Below, in pieces: positions 1 through 9,408 of a stretch of DNA of 64,000 nucleotides (positions are counted from its first letter, which is position 1; every line of letters starts with the position of its first letter). A program made the translations under genes and the position numbers. The DNA lies in assembly GCA_023150375.1 (NCBI GenBank), contig JAKLLA010000020.1:13389-77388 (forward strand). Direction: 5' to 3'. This DNA comes from Burkholderiaceae bacterium (GTDB lineage Bacteria; Pseudomonadota; Gammaproteobacteria; Burkholderiales; Burkholderiaceae_C). The notes under the pieces were generated by a model. The model did no database searches. It was not told the origin of the DNA and was given only the letters and a program-made list of their open reading frames with translations.

Positions 1-1028
1 TGCAGCAGGCGCACGGTGAAGGCGTCGGTGATCGCGGTCATGATGTGGCCGCTGCTGTAGGCGCTGGCGCCGGCCGCTGCCAGGCTGCGCTGCAGGTCGC
101 GCACCTTGCCCGCGCAGGTCACCAGGCCCTCGAGCGTCTCCTGGGTGTGGATGCTGCGCGCCAGGTAGACCGCCGAGGTGCTGTAGTGCTCGGTCAGGTC
201 GCTGGTGGTGATCATGCCGACCACCTTGCCGTCGTCCATCACCGGCACGTGGTGGATGTTGTGCCGCGCCATCATCAGCATGGCGTGGAAGGCCGGCGCC
301 GAGGCCGCGATGCACATCGGTGCCAGCGTGGCGATGTCCATCACCGGCCGCTCGATGTCCAGGCCCTGCGCCACCACCCGGTTGCGCAGGTCGCGGTCGG
401 TGATCAGGCCGAACAGATGGTCGTGCTCGCCGATCAGCACCGAGGAGATGCGCTGCTCGCTCATCGTCTGCGCGGCCGAGCGGATGCTGACCTGCGGTGC
501 CAGCAGCACCGGCGCACGCCGCACCAGCGAGCCCACCGCCCGCGTCACCAGGCTGATGTGCAGGTCGTTCGAGGCGGTGCCGCCCATCGTGTCGCTGCCG
601 TCCAGGGCGGCCTCGTCGTCGGCGGTGGGCGTCAGGCCGGGGAAGTGGAACTGCAGCCCGGGGATGCGGCGCAGCCAGGGCGACAGCAGCGTGGCCGGCA
701 GGCGCGCCAGCAGGCTGGGCCGGGCCGCGCTGGCCGACCAGCGCCCCTCCAGCCGGCCGGCCACCGTGCCCGCGCCGATCAGTTCGTCCACCGGCAGGGC
801 CAGGGTGGCCGCCGCGTCGTCCAGCGCCAGCGCCAGTTCGCCCTCCAGCAGCCAGCACAGCTGCCGGTCCCAGTCGTCGGCGGACAGGGCCAGTTCCCCT
901 TCGGCCACCGGCGTGAGTTCCCAGCGCGTGGCCAGGGCCTGGCGCCCCTCCTCGCCGAACAGGGCGAACACGCGATGCACCGCCATGTGCTCGGCCAGTC
1001 GAGCGGGCGTCCAGGTCTTGATATCCAT
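1..1028 (-). CDS. CBS-pair / DUF294-type putative nucleotidyltransferase signalling protein, N-terminal part (gene runs off the left edge)
   Basis: Absent from the ORF track because it has no stop inside the window. Reverse-complement translation from the CAT at 1026-1028 gives MDIKTWTPARLAEHMAVHRVF.... Two CBS-like units follow (...ISSVLIGEHDHLFGLITDRDLRNRVV... and ...IHHVPVMDDGKVVGMITTSDL...), then ...SSGHIMTAITDAFTVRLL, which is typical of CBS+DUF294 proteins. The + strand ORFs 45..1169 and 205..1164 are Arg/Ala/Gly-rich shadow frames. Confidence 0.7.
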   Translation of the reverse strand, partial: MDIKTWTPARLAEHMAVHRVFALFGEEGRQALATRWELTPVAEGELALSADDWDRQLCWLLEGELALALDDAAATLALPVDELIGAGTVAGRLEGRWSASAARPSLLARLPATLLSPWLRRIPGLQFHFPGLTPTADDEAALDGSDTMGGTASNDLHISLVTRAVGSLVRRAPVLLAPQVSIRSAAQTMSEQRISSVLIGEHDHLFGLITDRDLRNRVVAQGLDIERPVMDIATLAPMCIAASAPAFHAMLMMARHNIHHVPVMDDGKVVGMITTSDLTEHYSTSAVYLARSIHTQETLEGLVTCAGKVRDLQRSLAAAGASAYSSGHIMTAITDAFTVRLL

Positions 1029-1131
1029 CAGGGAACTGTACGGCCGGCCCGGCCTGGTGGATTTGTTCCAGGGCAAGCCGCCGTGGCATCCGGCCGATCG
1101 TGCGCGATGCGCACGGCGTTGCTGCGCCATC

Positions 1132-1145
1132 CTGACGCCGATCAA
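1132..1145 (+). promoter_or_regulatory. FNR/Anr-type box candidate upstream of the usp gene
   Basis: cTGACgccgATCAA matches TTGAT-N4-ATCAA at 8 of 10 positions, with a perfect right half. A TAGAGT -10-like hexamer lies at 1167-1172, so the box centre sits about 41 nt upstream of a predicted start near 1180, 20 nt before the ATG at 1200. Usp genes are often Anr/FNR-controlled. Confidence 0.3.
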
Positions 1146-1199
1146 GTTCCAGGCCCTGTGCTGAACTAGAGTGTGCACATCCAACTTGGGTGATCCACC

Positions 1200-1643
1200 A
1201 TGTTCAAGCATCTCCTCGTCCCCGTCGACGGCTCCGAGCTGTCGCAGCGCGCCATGACCTCCAGCCTCGAGCTGGCGAAGTCGCTGGGCGCGAAGGTCAC
1301 CGGCTTCGTCGTCGAACCGGACCTGCCGATGTCCACCATCAGCACCAACCCGACGGTGTTCACCGAGCAGGTGCGTGCCCACGAGGCCAAGTCCGAGGCT
1401 CACGCCAATGCCGTGCTGCGCAAGTTCGAGACCCTGGCGCAGGAAGCCGGCGTGTCCTTCGCCGCCGACCACACCAGCGCCGGCCAGGTGGACCGCGCCA
1501 TCGTCGAGGCGGCCGAGCGGGTCGGCGCCGACCTGATCCTGATGGTCACCCACGGCCGCGGCGCCTTCGGCGAGCTGCTGTTCGGTTCGCACACCAAGCA
1601 CGTCATGTCGATGACCAAGGTGGCAGTGCTGGTGCTGCACTGA
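1200..1643 (+). CDS. universal stress protein (UspA family)
   Basis: 147 aa. MFKHLLVPVDGSELSQRA... and ...ADLILMVTHGRGAFGELLFGSHTKHVMSMTKVAVLVLH are the canonical Usp N- and C-terminal ATP-binding motifs. Confidence 0.9.
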   Translation: MFKHLLVPVDGSELSQRAMTSSLELAKSLGAKVTGFVVEPDLPMSTISTNPTVFTEQVRAHEAKSEAHANAVLRKFETLAQEAGVSFAADHTSAGQVDRAIVEAAERVGADLILMVTHGRGAFGELLFGSHTKHVMSMTKVAVLVLH

Positions 1644-1818
1644 AGCCTGGGCGGGCCCGGGCAGCCCGTGGCTTCTGTGGTCAAGGCGCCGCAGCGGATG
1701 CCGGCCGAGGCGTGACGGGGGTCACGATCGCTTGCGCTGCCCCGGTGCGGCCCTAGACTGAGGGCTCCCCTTCGCACCCCGACGGCCGTGGCACCGCGCC
1801 CGGCCGGGAGCCCGCCGC

Positions 1819-4800
1819 ATGTCCCGATCTCCCCGCCGCCCCGCCGCATCCGACCTCCCCGGCGTGACGGCCGACGACGCTCGCCTGCGTCGCCGGCGCT
1901 TCGGGGTGGGTACCACGGCGCTGCTCGGCCTGGCCGCCGCGCTGGGCCTGGCGGCGCCGGCCGGCGCGGTGCAGGTGCGCAGCGTCAGCCCCAGCGGCGA
2001 GGTGGCCGAGGTGCGCCAGGTGCTGCTGCGCTTTGCCGCGCCGGTGGTGCCCTTCGGCGCGCCGCACCTGGCCGACCCCGCCCGGCTGCGCTGCGAAGGG
2101 CTGGGGCCGGCCGCGCTCACGCCGGCCGGGCAGGGCCGCTGGCTGGGCCCGGCCGAGTGGGCCTGGGAGCTGGCCGAGCCGCTGCCGCCCGGGGTGCGCT
2201 GCACCCTCACGCTGGAGCGCGACTGGCAGCCGATGGTGGCGGTGCAGCCGGCCTCGGGCGCCGCCGCCCCGCCGCCCCGCCTGGAGGGGCCGCGCGCGTT
2301 CAGCTTCTCCACCGGCGCGCCCACCGTGCTGCAGGTCTGGCCCTGGGAGGGCAGCGAGGTCGAGGAGGACGCCCACTGGCTGCTGCAGCTCAACGGGCCG
2401 GTGCAGCCCGCCTCGCTGGAAGGCCGCGTGGCCTGCGAGGTCGAGGGCCTGGGCGAGCGCCTGCCCGCCGTGCTGGTGACCGGCCCGGTCCGCGACGCGG
2501 TGCTGAAGACCCACCGCCTGAGCGCCGCGAAGGCCGCCGATGCGCTGCTGCTGCGCTGCCAGCGCCCGCTGCCGCCGGGGGCGGCGGTGCGGCTGGTCTG
2601 GGAGCCGGGCATTGCCTCGGCCAAGCTGCCGCAGCTGGTCGGGCGCGAGCGCCTGAGCTGGCGCTGGCAGGTGCGCGAGCCCTTCCGCGCCGAGTTCGCC
2701 TGCGAGCGCGAACGGGCCGAATCCCCCTGCCTGCCGCTGCGCCCGATGCGGCTGCACTTCTCCGCCCCGCTGCCGCGCGCCCAGGCCGCCGGCGTGCGCC
2801 TGCAGATCGACGGCCCGCCCGGCGCCGCGAGCGGGGCCGCCGGGGCCGGCCGCGTGATCACGCCGCGGCAGGACCCCGACGACCGCAGCCCCACCGTGCA
2901 GGAGGTGATCTTCGACGCCCCGCTGCCGGAGAACACCGCCTTTCGCCTCCTGCTGCCCGCGGGCGGCCTGCGCGACGAGTCCGGCCGTGCGCTGGACAAC
3001 GCCGCGACCTTTCCGCTGGCGGTGCGCACCGGCGCGCTGCCGCCGCTGGCGAAGTTCGCCGCCGCGCCCTTCGGCGTGCTCGAGGCCGGCACTCCCGCCG
3101 AGCCGGCCGCGCTGCCGATCACGCTGCGCCACCTGCCCTACGCCGGGCGCGCCCAGCTGGCCGTCAAGCGGCTCGACGCCACCACGCCCGACGCCGAGCT
3201 GATGCGCTGGCACGCCCGCCTGGCCCAGTACCATGAGAGCCGCCTGACCGCCCGCGAGGCCGGCCTGCCCGAGGCGCGCTGGTGGATCGAGGAGGAGCGC
3301 CGCGACGGCGACGGCGCGCCGCGCCGCGTGCGTGAGGAACGCCGCATCGCCAGCCGCGAGCTGTCGCTGCTGGCGCGCGAGCGCGGCGTGCAGCGCCAGC
3401 CGCTGCCGGTGGGCGTGGGCGCCGCGGCGTCGGCGTCGGCGGCTTCTGCGGCCTCCGCGCCGGGCCGCCCCCCGCGCGAGGCCGAGGTGCTCGGCCTGCC
3501 GCTGCCGCAGCCGGGCTACCACCTCGTCGAACTGGAGTCGCAGCTGCTCGGCCGCGCGCTGCTGGCCGCGCCGCCCGGCGCCGAGCCGCCGCCGATGTAC
3601 GTGCGCAGCGGCGTGCTGGTCACCGGCATGGGGGTGCACTTCAAGCGCGGCCGCAGCAGCAGCCTGGTCTGGGTGACCACGCTCGACCGGGCCCGCCCGG
3701 TGGCCGATGCCGAAGTGGCGGTGAACGACTGCCGCGGCCAGCGTCTGTGGGCCGGGCGCACCGACGCCGCCGGTCTGGCGCACATCCCGCGCGGCTTTGC
3801 CGACGAGATGGAGCCCGAGGGCCAGCCGCGCTGCATCGGCGAGCCGGCCTACTTCGTCAGCGCGCGCAAGGCCCTGCCCGGCGGCGGCAGCGACCTGGCC
3901 TTCGTCTACAGCCACTGGAACCGCGGCATCGAGCCCTGGCGCTTCGCCCACCCCACCTGGGGCGATGCCGAGGGCGGCCTGCGCGTGCACAGCCTGCTCG
4001 ACCGCAGCCTGCTGCGCGCCGGCGAGACCCTGTCGATGAAGCACCTGGTGCGCGCCGAGACCCCGCAGGGCCTGGCGCTGGTGAACGGCGCCGACTGGCC
4101 CACCGAGCTGCAGATCACCCACACCGGCAGCGGCGAGGTCACCCGCGTCGCGCTGCCGGCGCCGGCCCAGCCGGGCGCGCCGCTGCGTGCCCTGCCGATG
4201 CAGTGGCGCGTGCCCGAGCAGGCGAAGCTGGGCCGCTACGAGCTCACCCTGCACCGCGAGGCGCAGCAGTGGAGCGCCGGCGCCTTCCGCGTCGAGGCCT
4301 TCCGCGTGCCGCAGCTCGACGCCCGCCTGATCCCGCCCAAGGGCCCCCTGGTGGCGCCGGCGGGGCTGGACTTCGCGGTGCAGCTCACGCATCTGTCCGG
4401 CGGCGGCATGGCGCTGCCGGCCAGCTTCTCGGCCCTGCTGCGCGAGCGCGAGCCGCAGTTCGCCGGCTGGGAGGAGTACCGCTTCGCGCCCCCGCGCGAG
4501 CGCGTGCCCGGCGAGCGCCTGCTGCCCGAGGGCGAGGGCGCGGACGACGGCGCCGGCGCGCGCCTGATCGTCGACCGCCACGCGCTGCGCACCGATGCGC
4601 GCGGCGCCGCCCGCATCGCGCTGCCGAAGCTGCCCGCGCTGGCCGAGCTGAAGCGGCCGGCCGAGCTGCTGGCCGAGCTGACCTTCGACGACCCCAACGG
4701 CGAGCGCCAGACTGTCGCACAGACCCTGCCGCTCTGGCCGGCGGCCCTGCAGGTGGGCCTGCGCGGCTCGACCTGGCTGGCGCCGGGTGGCCGGGTGCCG

Positions 4801-7800
4801 GTGCAGGCCGTGGTGCTGGACACCGCCGGGCGGGTGCAGGCCGACCGCGAGGTACGCGTGCGCGCCCGCCTGCTGCGCAGCACCAGCATCCGCCAGCGCG
4901 TGGTGGGCGGCTTCTACGCCTACCAGGAACGCCAGGAGGTCGAGGAGCTCGGCGAGGTCTGCCGCGGCCGCAGCGACGCGCGCGGCCTGCTGCTCTGCGA
5001 GGCCACGCTGGCGCGCAGCGGCGAGGTGGAGCTGATCGCCCGCGTGGTCGACGACGCCGGCCGCGCCAGCGAGGCCGCCGTGACGATGTGGCTCAGCCAG
5101 GGCGGCGAGCAGTGGTTCGCCCAGGACGACGACGACCGCATCGACCTGCTGCCCGAGAAGCGCGAGCTGCAGCCCGGCGACACCGCCCGCCTGCAGCTGC
5201 GCATGCCCTTCCGCGAGGCCACCGTGCTGCTCACCGTCGAGCGCGAAGGCGTGCTCGACGCGCGCGTGCTCACGCTGCGCGGGCGCGACCCGGTCATCGA
5301 GCTGCCCATTCCGAAGGACGGCGCGCAGGCCGACGCCTGGGCGCCCAACGTCTACGTCAGCGCCCTGGTGCTGCGCGGGCGGGTGCGCGAGGTGCCCTGG
5401 TACTCCTTCTTCCAGTGGGGCTGGCGCGCGCCGGTGCAATGGTGGCGCGCCTGGCGCGACGAAGGCCCCGACCACCGCCCGCCCGGGCCGATGGTCGACC
5501 TGGCCAAGCCGGCCTTCAAGCTCGGCGTCGCGGCGCTGCAGATCGGCCTGGCCGGCCAGCGCCTGGACGTGCGCGTCGAGACCGACCAGCCCCAGTACGG
5601 CCCGCGCCAGACCGCGCGCGCCACCGTCACGGTCACCCGCGGCGGCCAGCCCGTCAGCGACGGCGAGATCGCCTTCGCCGCGGTCGACGAGGGCCTGCTC
5701 GCCCTCGCCCCGAACCCGAGCTGGGACCTGCCCGAGCGCCTCTACCCGCAGCGCCCCTGGGGGGTGGAGACCGCCACCGCCCAGAACGAGATCGTCGGCC
5801 GGCGCCACTACGGCCGCAAGGCCCTGCCGCCGGGCGGCGGCGGCGGCCTCAACCCCACCCGCGAGCTCTTCGACACCCTGCTGATCTGGCGGCCCACCCT
5901 GCGGCTGGACGCGCTGGGGCGTGCCCGCGTCGACGTGCCGCTGAACGACTCGCTCAGCGCCTTCCGCCTGGTCGCGCTGGCCGAGTCCGGCGCGCAGCGC
6001 TTCGGCCGCGGCGAGGCCCGCATCCGCGTCACGCAGGACCTGCAGCTCATCGCCGGCCTGCCTGCGCTGGTGCGCGAGGGCGACCGCTGGGATGCCCGCT
6101 TCACCCTGCGCAACACCACCGCGCGCCGCCTGCACCTGCAGGCCAGCCTGAAGGCCCAGCCGACCGTGGCCGACAGCGCCGACCTGCTCACCCCGGCGCG
6201 GCCCGCCGGCGACGCAGGCCGGCTCACCTTCGCGCCCCAGCGCCTGACCCTGGAGCCGCAGGGCGCGGCCGAAGTGGTCTGGCCGGTCGACGTGCCCGCC
6301 GGCCTGCGCAGCCTGAGCTGGGAGGCCGCCGTGGTGGAGGTCAACGCCGACGGCGGTGCCCAGGCCAACCCGCTGCGCGACGCCCTGCGCTTCGTCCAGC
6401 AGGTCGAGCCTGCGCTGCCCCTGCGCGTGCTGCAGTCCAGCCTGCAGCCGCTGGAGGGCAGCCTGCAGCTGCCCGTGGCCCCGCCCCCGCGCGCCAGCGC
6501 CGGCGCGCCACCGCCGCCCGGCGGCCTGCGCCTCGAGCTGCGCCCGCGCCTGACCGGCGCGCTGCCCGGCATCCGCCAGTGGTTCGAGGCCTACCCCTAC
6601 CGCTGCCTCGAGCAGCGCGCCTCCCGCGCCGTGGGCCTGCGCGACCTGGCCGCCTGGAAGGCCCTGCTGCAGGAGCTGCCCGCCCATCTGGACGGTGACG
6701 GCCTGCCGCACTACTTCCCCCTGCGCCCCGAGGACAGCGCGGGCGGCGGCAGCGACCGCCTGGCGGCCTACCTGATCGCGCTGTCCGACACCGCCGCCTG
6801 GCCCCTGCCGCCCGAGCAGCGCGACCGCCTGCTCGAGGGCCTGACCGCCTTCGTCGAAGGCCGCATCGAGCGGCGCTTCCCCACCCCGCGGGCCGACCGC
6901 GACGTGCGCAAGCTCGCCGCCCTCGAGGCCCTGTCACGCCACGGCCGCGCCCAGGCGCGCCAGCTCGCCAGCCTCGAGATCACCCCGGCGCAGTGGCCCA
7001 CCTCGGCCCTGCTCGACTGGCTGGCGCTGCTGCAGCGCGTCGATGCCATTCCCCAGCGCGACGCCCGCCTGGCCGAGGCGCAGCGCCTGCTGCGCAGCCG
7101 CCTGGTGGCCGGCGGCAGCGTGCTGCGCTTTGCCGACGAAAGCGCCGACCGCTGGAGCTGGCTGATGGAAGGCCCCGACGCCAACGCCGCCCGCCTGCTG
7201 CTGCACGCGGTGCACTCGGCCGACGCGGGCTGGAAGGCCGATGCCCCCCGCCTGGCCACCGGCCTGGCGCTGCGCCTGCACGGCGGCGACGGCCCGCAGC
7301 GCGACCCGCTGGCGCGCGGCGCCTTCTCCACCACCACCGCCAACGCCTGGGCCAGCCTGGCCTTCGAACGCTTCTCGCTGCAGTTCGAGACCCAGCAGGT
7401 CGACGGCCGCAGCCGCGCCAGCCTCGGCCCTGCGGTGCGCGAGCACGACTGGGCCCGCCAGCCCGAAGGCGGCCGCCTCGTGCTGCCCTGGCCGGCGCAG
7501 ACCGCCACCCTGCAGCTCACCCAGCAAGGCAGCGGGCGGCCCTGGGTGGCGCTGCAGAGCCTGGCCGCGCTGCCGCCGGCCGGCCCGGTGTCGGCCGGCT
7601 ACCGCCTCGAGCGCCGCGTCGTCCCCGTCGAGCAGAAGCAGCCCGGCCGCCTCAGCCGCGGCGACGTGCTGCGCGTGCAGATCGTCGTCGACGCCGCGGC
7701 CGACTTCGGCTGGGTGGTCCTCAGCGATCCCCTGCCCGCCGGCGCCACCCTGCTGGGCAGCGGCCTGGGCCGCGACAGCCGCATCGCCGCCGAGCGCGCC

Positions 7801-8061
7801 CCCGCGGGCGAAGCGGCCAACCCCGCCGACGCCGCCGACCGCGCGAGCACCGGCCGCGCCTGGCTGGCCTGGGAAGAACGCCGCCCCGAGGCCTGGCGCG
7901 CCTACTACCGCTGGCTGCCCGGCGGCCGCCACGAGATCAGCTACACCCTGCGCCTGAACACCAGCGGCCGCTTCGCCCTGCCGCCCACCCGCGTCGAGGC
8001 CATGTACGCGCCCGAGCAGCACGCCGAGCTGCCGCAGGCCACGCTGGAGGTGCTGCCCTGA
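1819..8061 (+). CDS. bacterial alpha-2-macroglobulin family protein (large extracellular protease-trap type)
   Basis: 2080 aa. N-terminal signal-like segment (LRRRRFGVGTTALLGLAAALGLAAPAGA), long beta-rich MG-type repeats, and the thioester motif in YPYRCLEQRAS. The exact start is uncertain. The antisense ORFs 1753..6711 and 1722..3122 are shadow frames. Confidence 0.85.
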   Translation: MSRSPRRPAASDLPGVTADDARLRRRRFGVGTTALLGLAAALGLAAPAGAVQVRSVSPSGEVAEVRQVLLRFAAPVVPFGAPHLADPARLRCEGLGPAALTPAGQGRWLGPAEWAWELAEPLPPGVRCTLTLERDWQPMVAVQPASGAAAPPPRLEGPRAFSFSTGAPTVLQVWPWEGSEVEEDAHWLLQLNGPVQPASLEGRVACEVEGLGERLPAVLVTGPVRDAVLKTHRLSAAKAADALLLRCQRPLPPGAAVRLVWEPGIASAKLPQLVGRERLSWRWQVREPFRAEFACERERAESPCLPLRPMRLHFSAPLPRAQAAGVRLQIDGPPGAASGAAGAGRVITPRQDPDDRSPTVQEVIFDAPLPENTAFRLLLPAGGLRDESGRALDNAATFPLAVRTGALPPLAKFAAAPFGVLEAGTPAEPAALPITLRHLPYAGRAQLAVKRLDATTPDAELMRWHARLAQYHESRLTAREAGLPEARWWIEEERRDGDGAPRRVREERRIASRELSLLARERGVQRQPLPVGVGAAASASAASAASAPGRPPREAEVLGLPLPQPGYHLVELESQLLGRALLAAPPGAEPPPMYVRSGVLVTGMGVHFKRGRSSSLVWVTTLDRARPVADAEVAVNDCRGQRLWAGRTDAAGLAHIPRGFADEMEPEGQPRCIGEPAYFVSARKALPGGGSDLAFVYSHWNRGIEPWRFAHPTWGDAEGGLRVHSLLDRSLLRAGETLSMKHLVRAETPQGLALVNGADWPTELQITHTGSGEVTRVALPAPAQPGAPLRALPMQWRVPEQAKLGRYELTLHREAQQWSAGAFRVEAFRVPQLDARLIPPKGPLVAPAGLDFAVQLTHLSGGGMALPASFSALLREREPQFAGWEEYRFAPPRERVPGERLLPEGEGADDGAGARLIVDRHALRTDARGAARIALPKLPALAELKRPAELLAELTFDDPNGERQTVAQTLPLWPAALQVGLRGSTWLAPGGRVPVQAVVLDTAGRVQADREVRVRARLLRSTSIRQRVVGGFYAYQERQEVEELGEVCRGRSDARGLLLCEATLARSGEVELIARVVDDAGRASEAAVTMWLSQGGEQWFAQDDDDRIDLLPEKRELQPGDTARLQLRMPFREATVLLTVEREGVLDARVLTLRGRDPVIELPIPKDGAQADAWAPNVYVSALVLRGRVREVPWYSFFQWGWRAPVQWWRAWRDEGPDHRPPGPMVDLAKPAFKLGVAALQIGLAGQRLDVRVETDQPQYGPRQTARATVTVTRGGQPVSDGEIAFAAVDEGLLALAPNPSWDLPERLYPQRPWGVETATAQNEIVGRRHYGRKALPPGGGGGLNPTRELFDTLLIWRPTLRLDALGRARVDVPLNDSLSAFRLVALAESGAQRFGRGEARIRVTQDLQLIAGLPALVREGDRWDARFTLRNTTARRLHLQASLKAQPTVADSADLLTPARPAGDAGRLTFAPQRLTLEPQGAAEVVWPVDVPAGLRSLSWEAAVVEVNADGGAQANPLRDALRFVQQVEPALPLRVLQSSLQPLEGSLQLPVAPPPRASAGAPPPPGGLRLELRPRLTGALPGIRQWFEAYPYRCLEQRASRAVGLRDLAAWKALLQELPAHLDGDGLPHYFPLRPEDSAGGGSDRLAAYLIALSDTAAWPLPPEQRDRLLEGLTAFVEGRIERRFPTPRADRDVRKLAALEALSRHGRAQARQLASLEITPAQWPTSALLDWLALLQRVDAIPQRDARLAEAQRLLRSRLVAGGSVLRFADESADRWSWLMEGPDANAARLLLHAVHSADAGWKADAPRLATGLALRLHGGDGPQRDPLARGAFSTTTANAWASLAFERFSLQFETQQVDGRSRASLGPAVREHDWARQPEGGRLVLPWPAQTATLQLTQQGSGRPWVALQSLAALPPAGPVSAGYRLERRVVPVEQKQPGRLSRGDVLRVQIVVDAAADFGWVVLSDPLPAGATLLGSGLGRDSRIAAERAPAGEAANPADAADRASTGRAWLAWEERRPEAWRAYYRWLPGGRHEISYTLRLNTSGRFALPPTRVEAMYAPEQHAELPQATLEVLP

Positions 8062-8132
8062 GCCGCGGCGCAACGGCGCAACGCAGCGGCTGAACGGCCG
8101 CGTCGTCGGGCGGCGGAGCCGGCACTGCGCAT

Positions 8133-8159
8133 CCCGGCCCGGTCGCGGCGCGGGCCGGG
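8133..8159. terminator. GC-rich hairpin between convergent genes (possible bidirectional terminator)
   Basis: cccggcccg-N9-cgggccggg forms a 9-bp perfect stem between the A2M stop (8061) and the stop of the minus-strand gene (8172). There is no U-tract, so intrinsic-terminator function is unproven. Confidence 0.25.
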
Positions 8160-8171
8160 CGAGCGAGCGAG

Positions 8172-9248
8172 TCAGCGCACCGCCTCCGGCACCCCCCGCA
8201 GTTCCACCCGACCACGCGCGACGGTGGCCTGGCCGCCACGGCGCGGCGGCGCGAAGCGCCACTGGTTCAGCGCGGTCAGTGCCGCCCAGCCGAAGCCCGG
8301 GTCGCTGGCCGACACCAGCTCGGGCAGCAGCACCCGGCCCAGCGGGTCGACATGGAAGTCCAGCACCGCCCGCGCATCCGGCGGCGGCCCCGGCGCCGCG
8401 TGCTGCGGCGCCACCCGCCGCAGCACCCGCAGCGGCGCGTCCAGCTCGCCCGCACCCGCCCCGCCCGGCTCCCCGGCCGCCAGCCGGCCGATCAGCACCG
8501 CCGCCGTCGCCGGCACCCCGGCACGCGCCGGCCGCTCCGCGTCGAAGACCTGCTCGTACTCCAGCTGCGCCAGGTGCCCCGCCTGCCCGGCCGGCGTGAA
8601 GCGCCAGGCCTGCAGCATCGCCAGCGTCGCCGCGCCGAAGTCCGGGTGGCTGGCCGACAGCAGGGCCAGCTGCACCGGCTGCCCTGCGGCGCCGATCTGC
8701 ACCCGCACCCGCGCCCGCCCGCTCACCCCGGCCCGCAGCAGTGCGCTCGGGTAGACCGGCCACACCGCCTGCTGCACCGCCGGGGCGATCGCCAGCCGGG
8801 CATCGGCCTCCACCGGCAGCCCCGGGCCCAGCACCGCGCCCAGCCCGCCGTCCTGCATGCTGAAGCGCACCACCCGCGTCACCCGCATCGGCACCGGCTG
8901 GCCATCGCGCTGCGCCGGCCGGTAGGGCGTGGCCAGCAGCGCATCCAGCGTCGCCTCCACGAAGGCCGGATGCGCGCCGGCCAGCACCTCCACCTGCTCG
9001 GGCTGCCCCTGGCCATCCACCACGAAGGCCACCCGCACTTCGCCGCGCTGCCACGCCAGGTCCACATGGGCCGGCACCACCACCTGCACCGTCGCCAGCG
9101 GCACCGGCACCGACGCCCCCCCCGCCGCTTCCCCCGGCTGCGCCTGCGCCCACACCCACCCGGCCCCCGAGGGGGCCAGGCCGAGCAGCAGGACCAGCGG
9201 AACGACAGGCAGGCGCATGAGGGCAGCAAGGGCAACAGGCCACGACAT
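8172..9248 (-). CDS. periplasmic protein with three TonB C-terminal-like domains
   Basis: Signal-like N-terminus (MSWPVALAALMRLPVVPLVLLLGLAPSGAGWVWAQA). Three repeats of the TonB_C pattern follow (e.g. GEVRVAFVVDGQGQPEQVEVLAGAHPAFVEATLDALLATPYRPAQRDGQPV; GRARVRVQIGAAGQPVQLALLSASHPDFGAATLAMLQAWRFTPA; AVLDFHVDPLGRVLLPELVSASDPGFGWAALTALNQWRFAPP). The start could be 9284, 9248 or 9218. Confidence 0.6.
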   Translation of the reverse strand: MSWPVALAALMRLPVVPLVLLLGLAPSGAGWVWAQAQPGEAAGGASVPVPLATVQVVVPAHVDLAWQRGEVRVAFVVDGQGQPEQVEVLAGAHPAFVEATLDALLATPYRPAQRDGQPVPMRVTRVVRFSMQDGGLGAVLGPGLPVEADARLAIAPAVQQAVWPVYPSALLRAGVSGRARVRVQIGAAGQPVQLALLSASHPDFGAATLAMLQAWRFTPAGQAGHLAQLEYEQVFDAERPARAGVPATAAVLIGRLAAGEPGGAGAGELDAPLRVLRRVAPQHAAPGPPPDARAVLDFHVDPLGRVLLPELVSASDPGFGWAALTALNQWRFAPPRRGGQATVARGRVELRGVPEAVR

Positions 9249-9408
9249 CGGCCGCTGCAGCGCCCGATCCATGCGGAACCGCACGGGCGCCCCCGGCCAT
9301 TGTGTGCAATCGTGACATATCGCACGCCTTGCACGCGACCTGCCGGACCCACCCCGGCCCCTGCCGCCCCCGCAAGCCTGCCGCTGGCCGCCGGCCCGAT
9401 GGCTGCCT

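Noticed and set aside
1753-6711. 1652-aa minus-strand ORF (and 1722..3122, 6934..9501) opposite the alpha-2-macroglobulin gene
   Set aside because: The composition is dominated by Ala/Gly/Arg/Gln/Pro runs and no recognisable motifs are present. This is the typical antisense shadow frame of a 70%-GC gene whose sense strand has clear family motifs.
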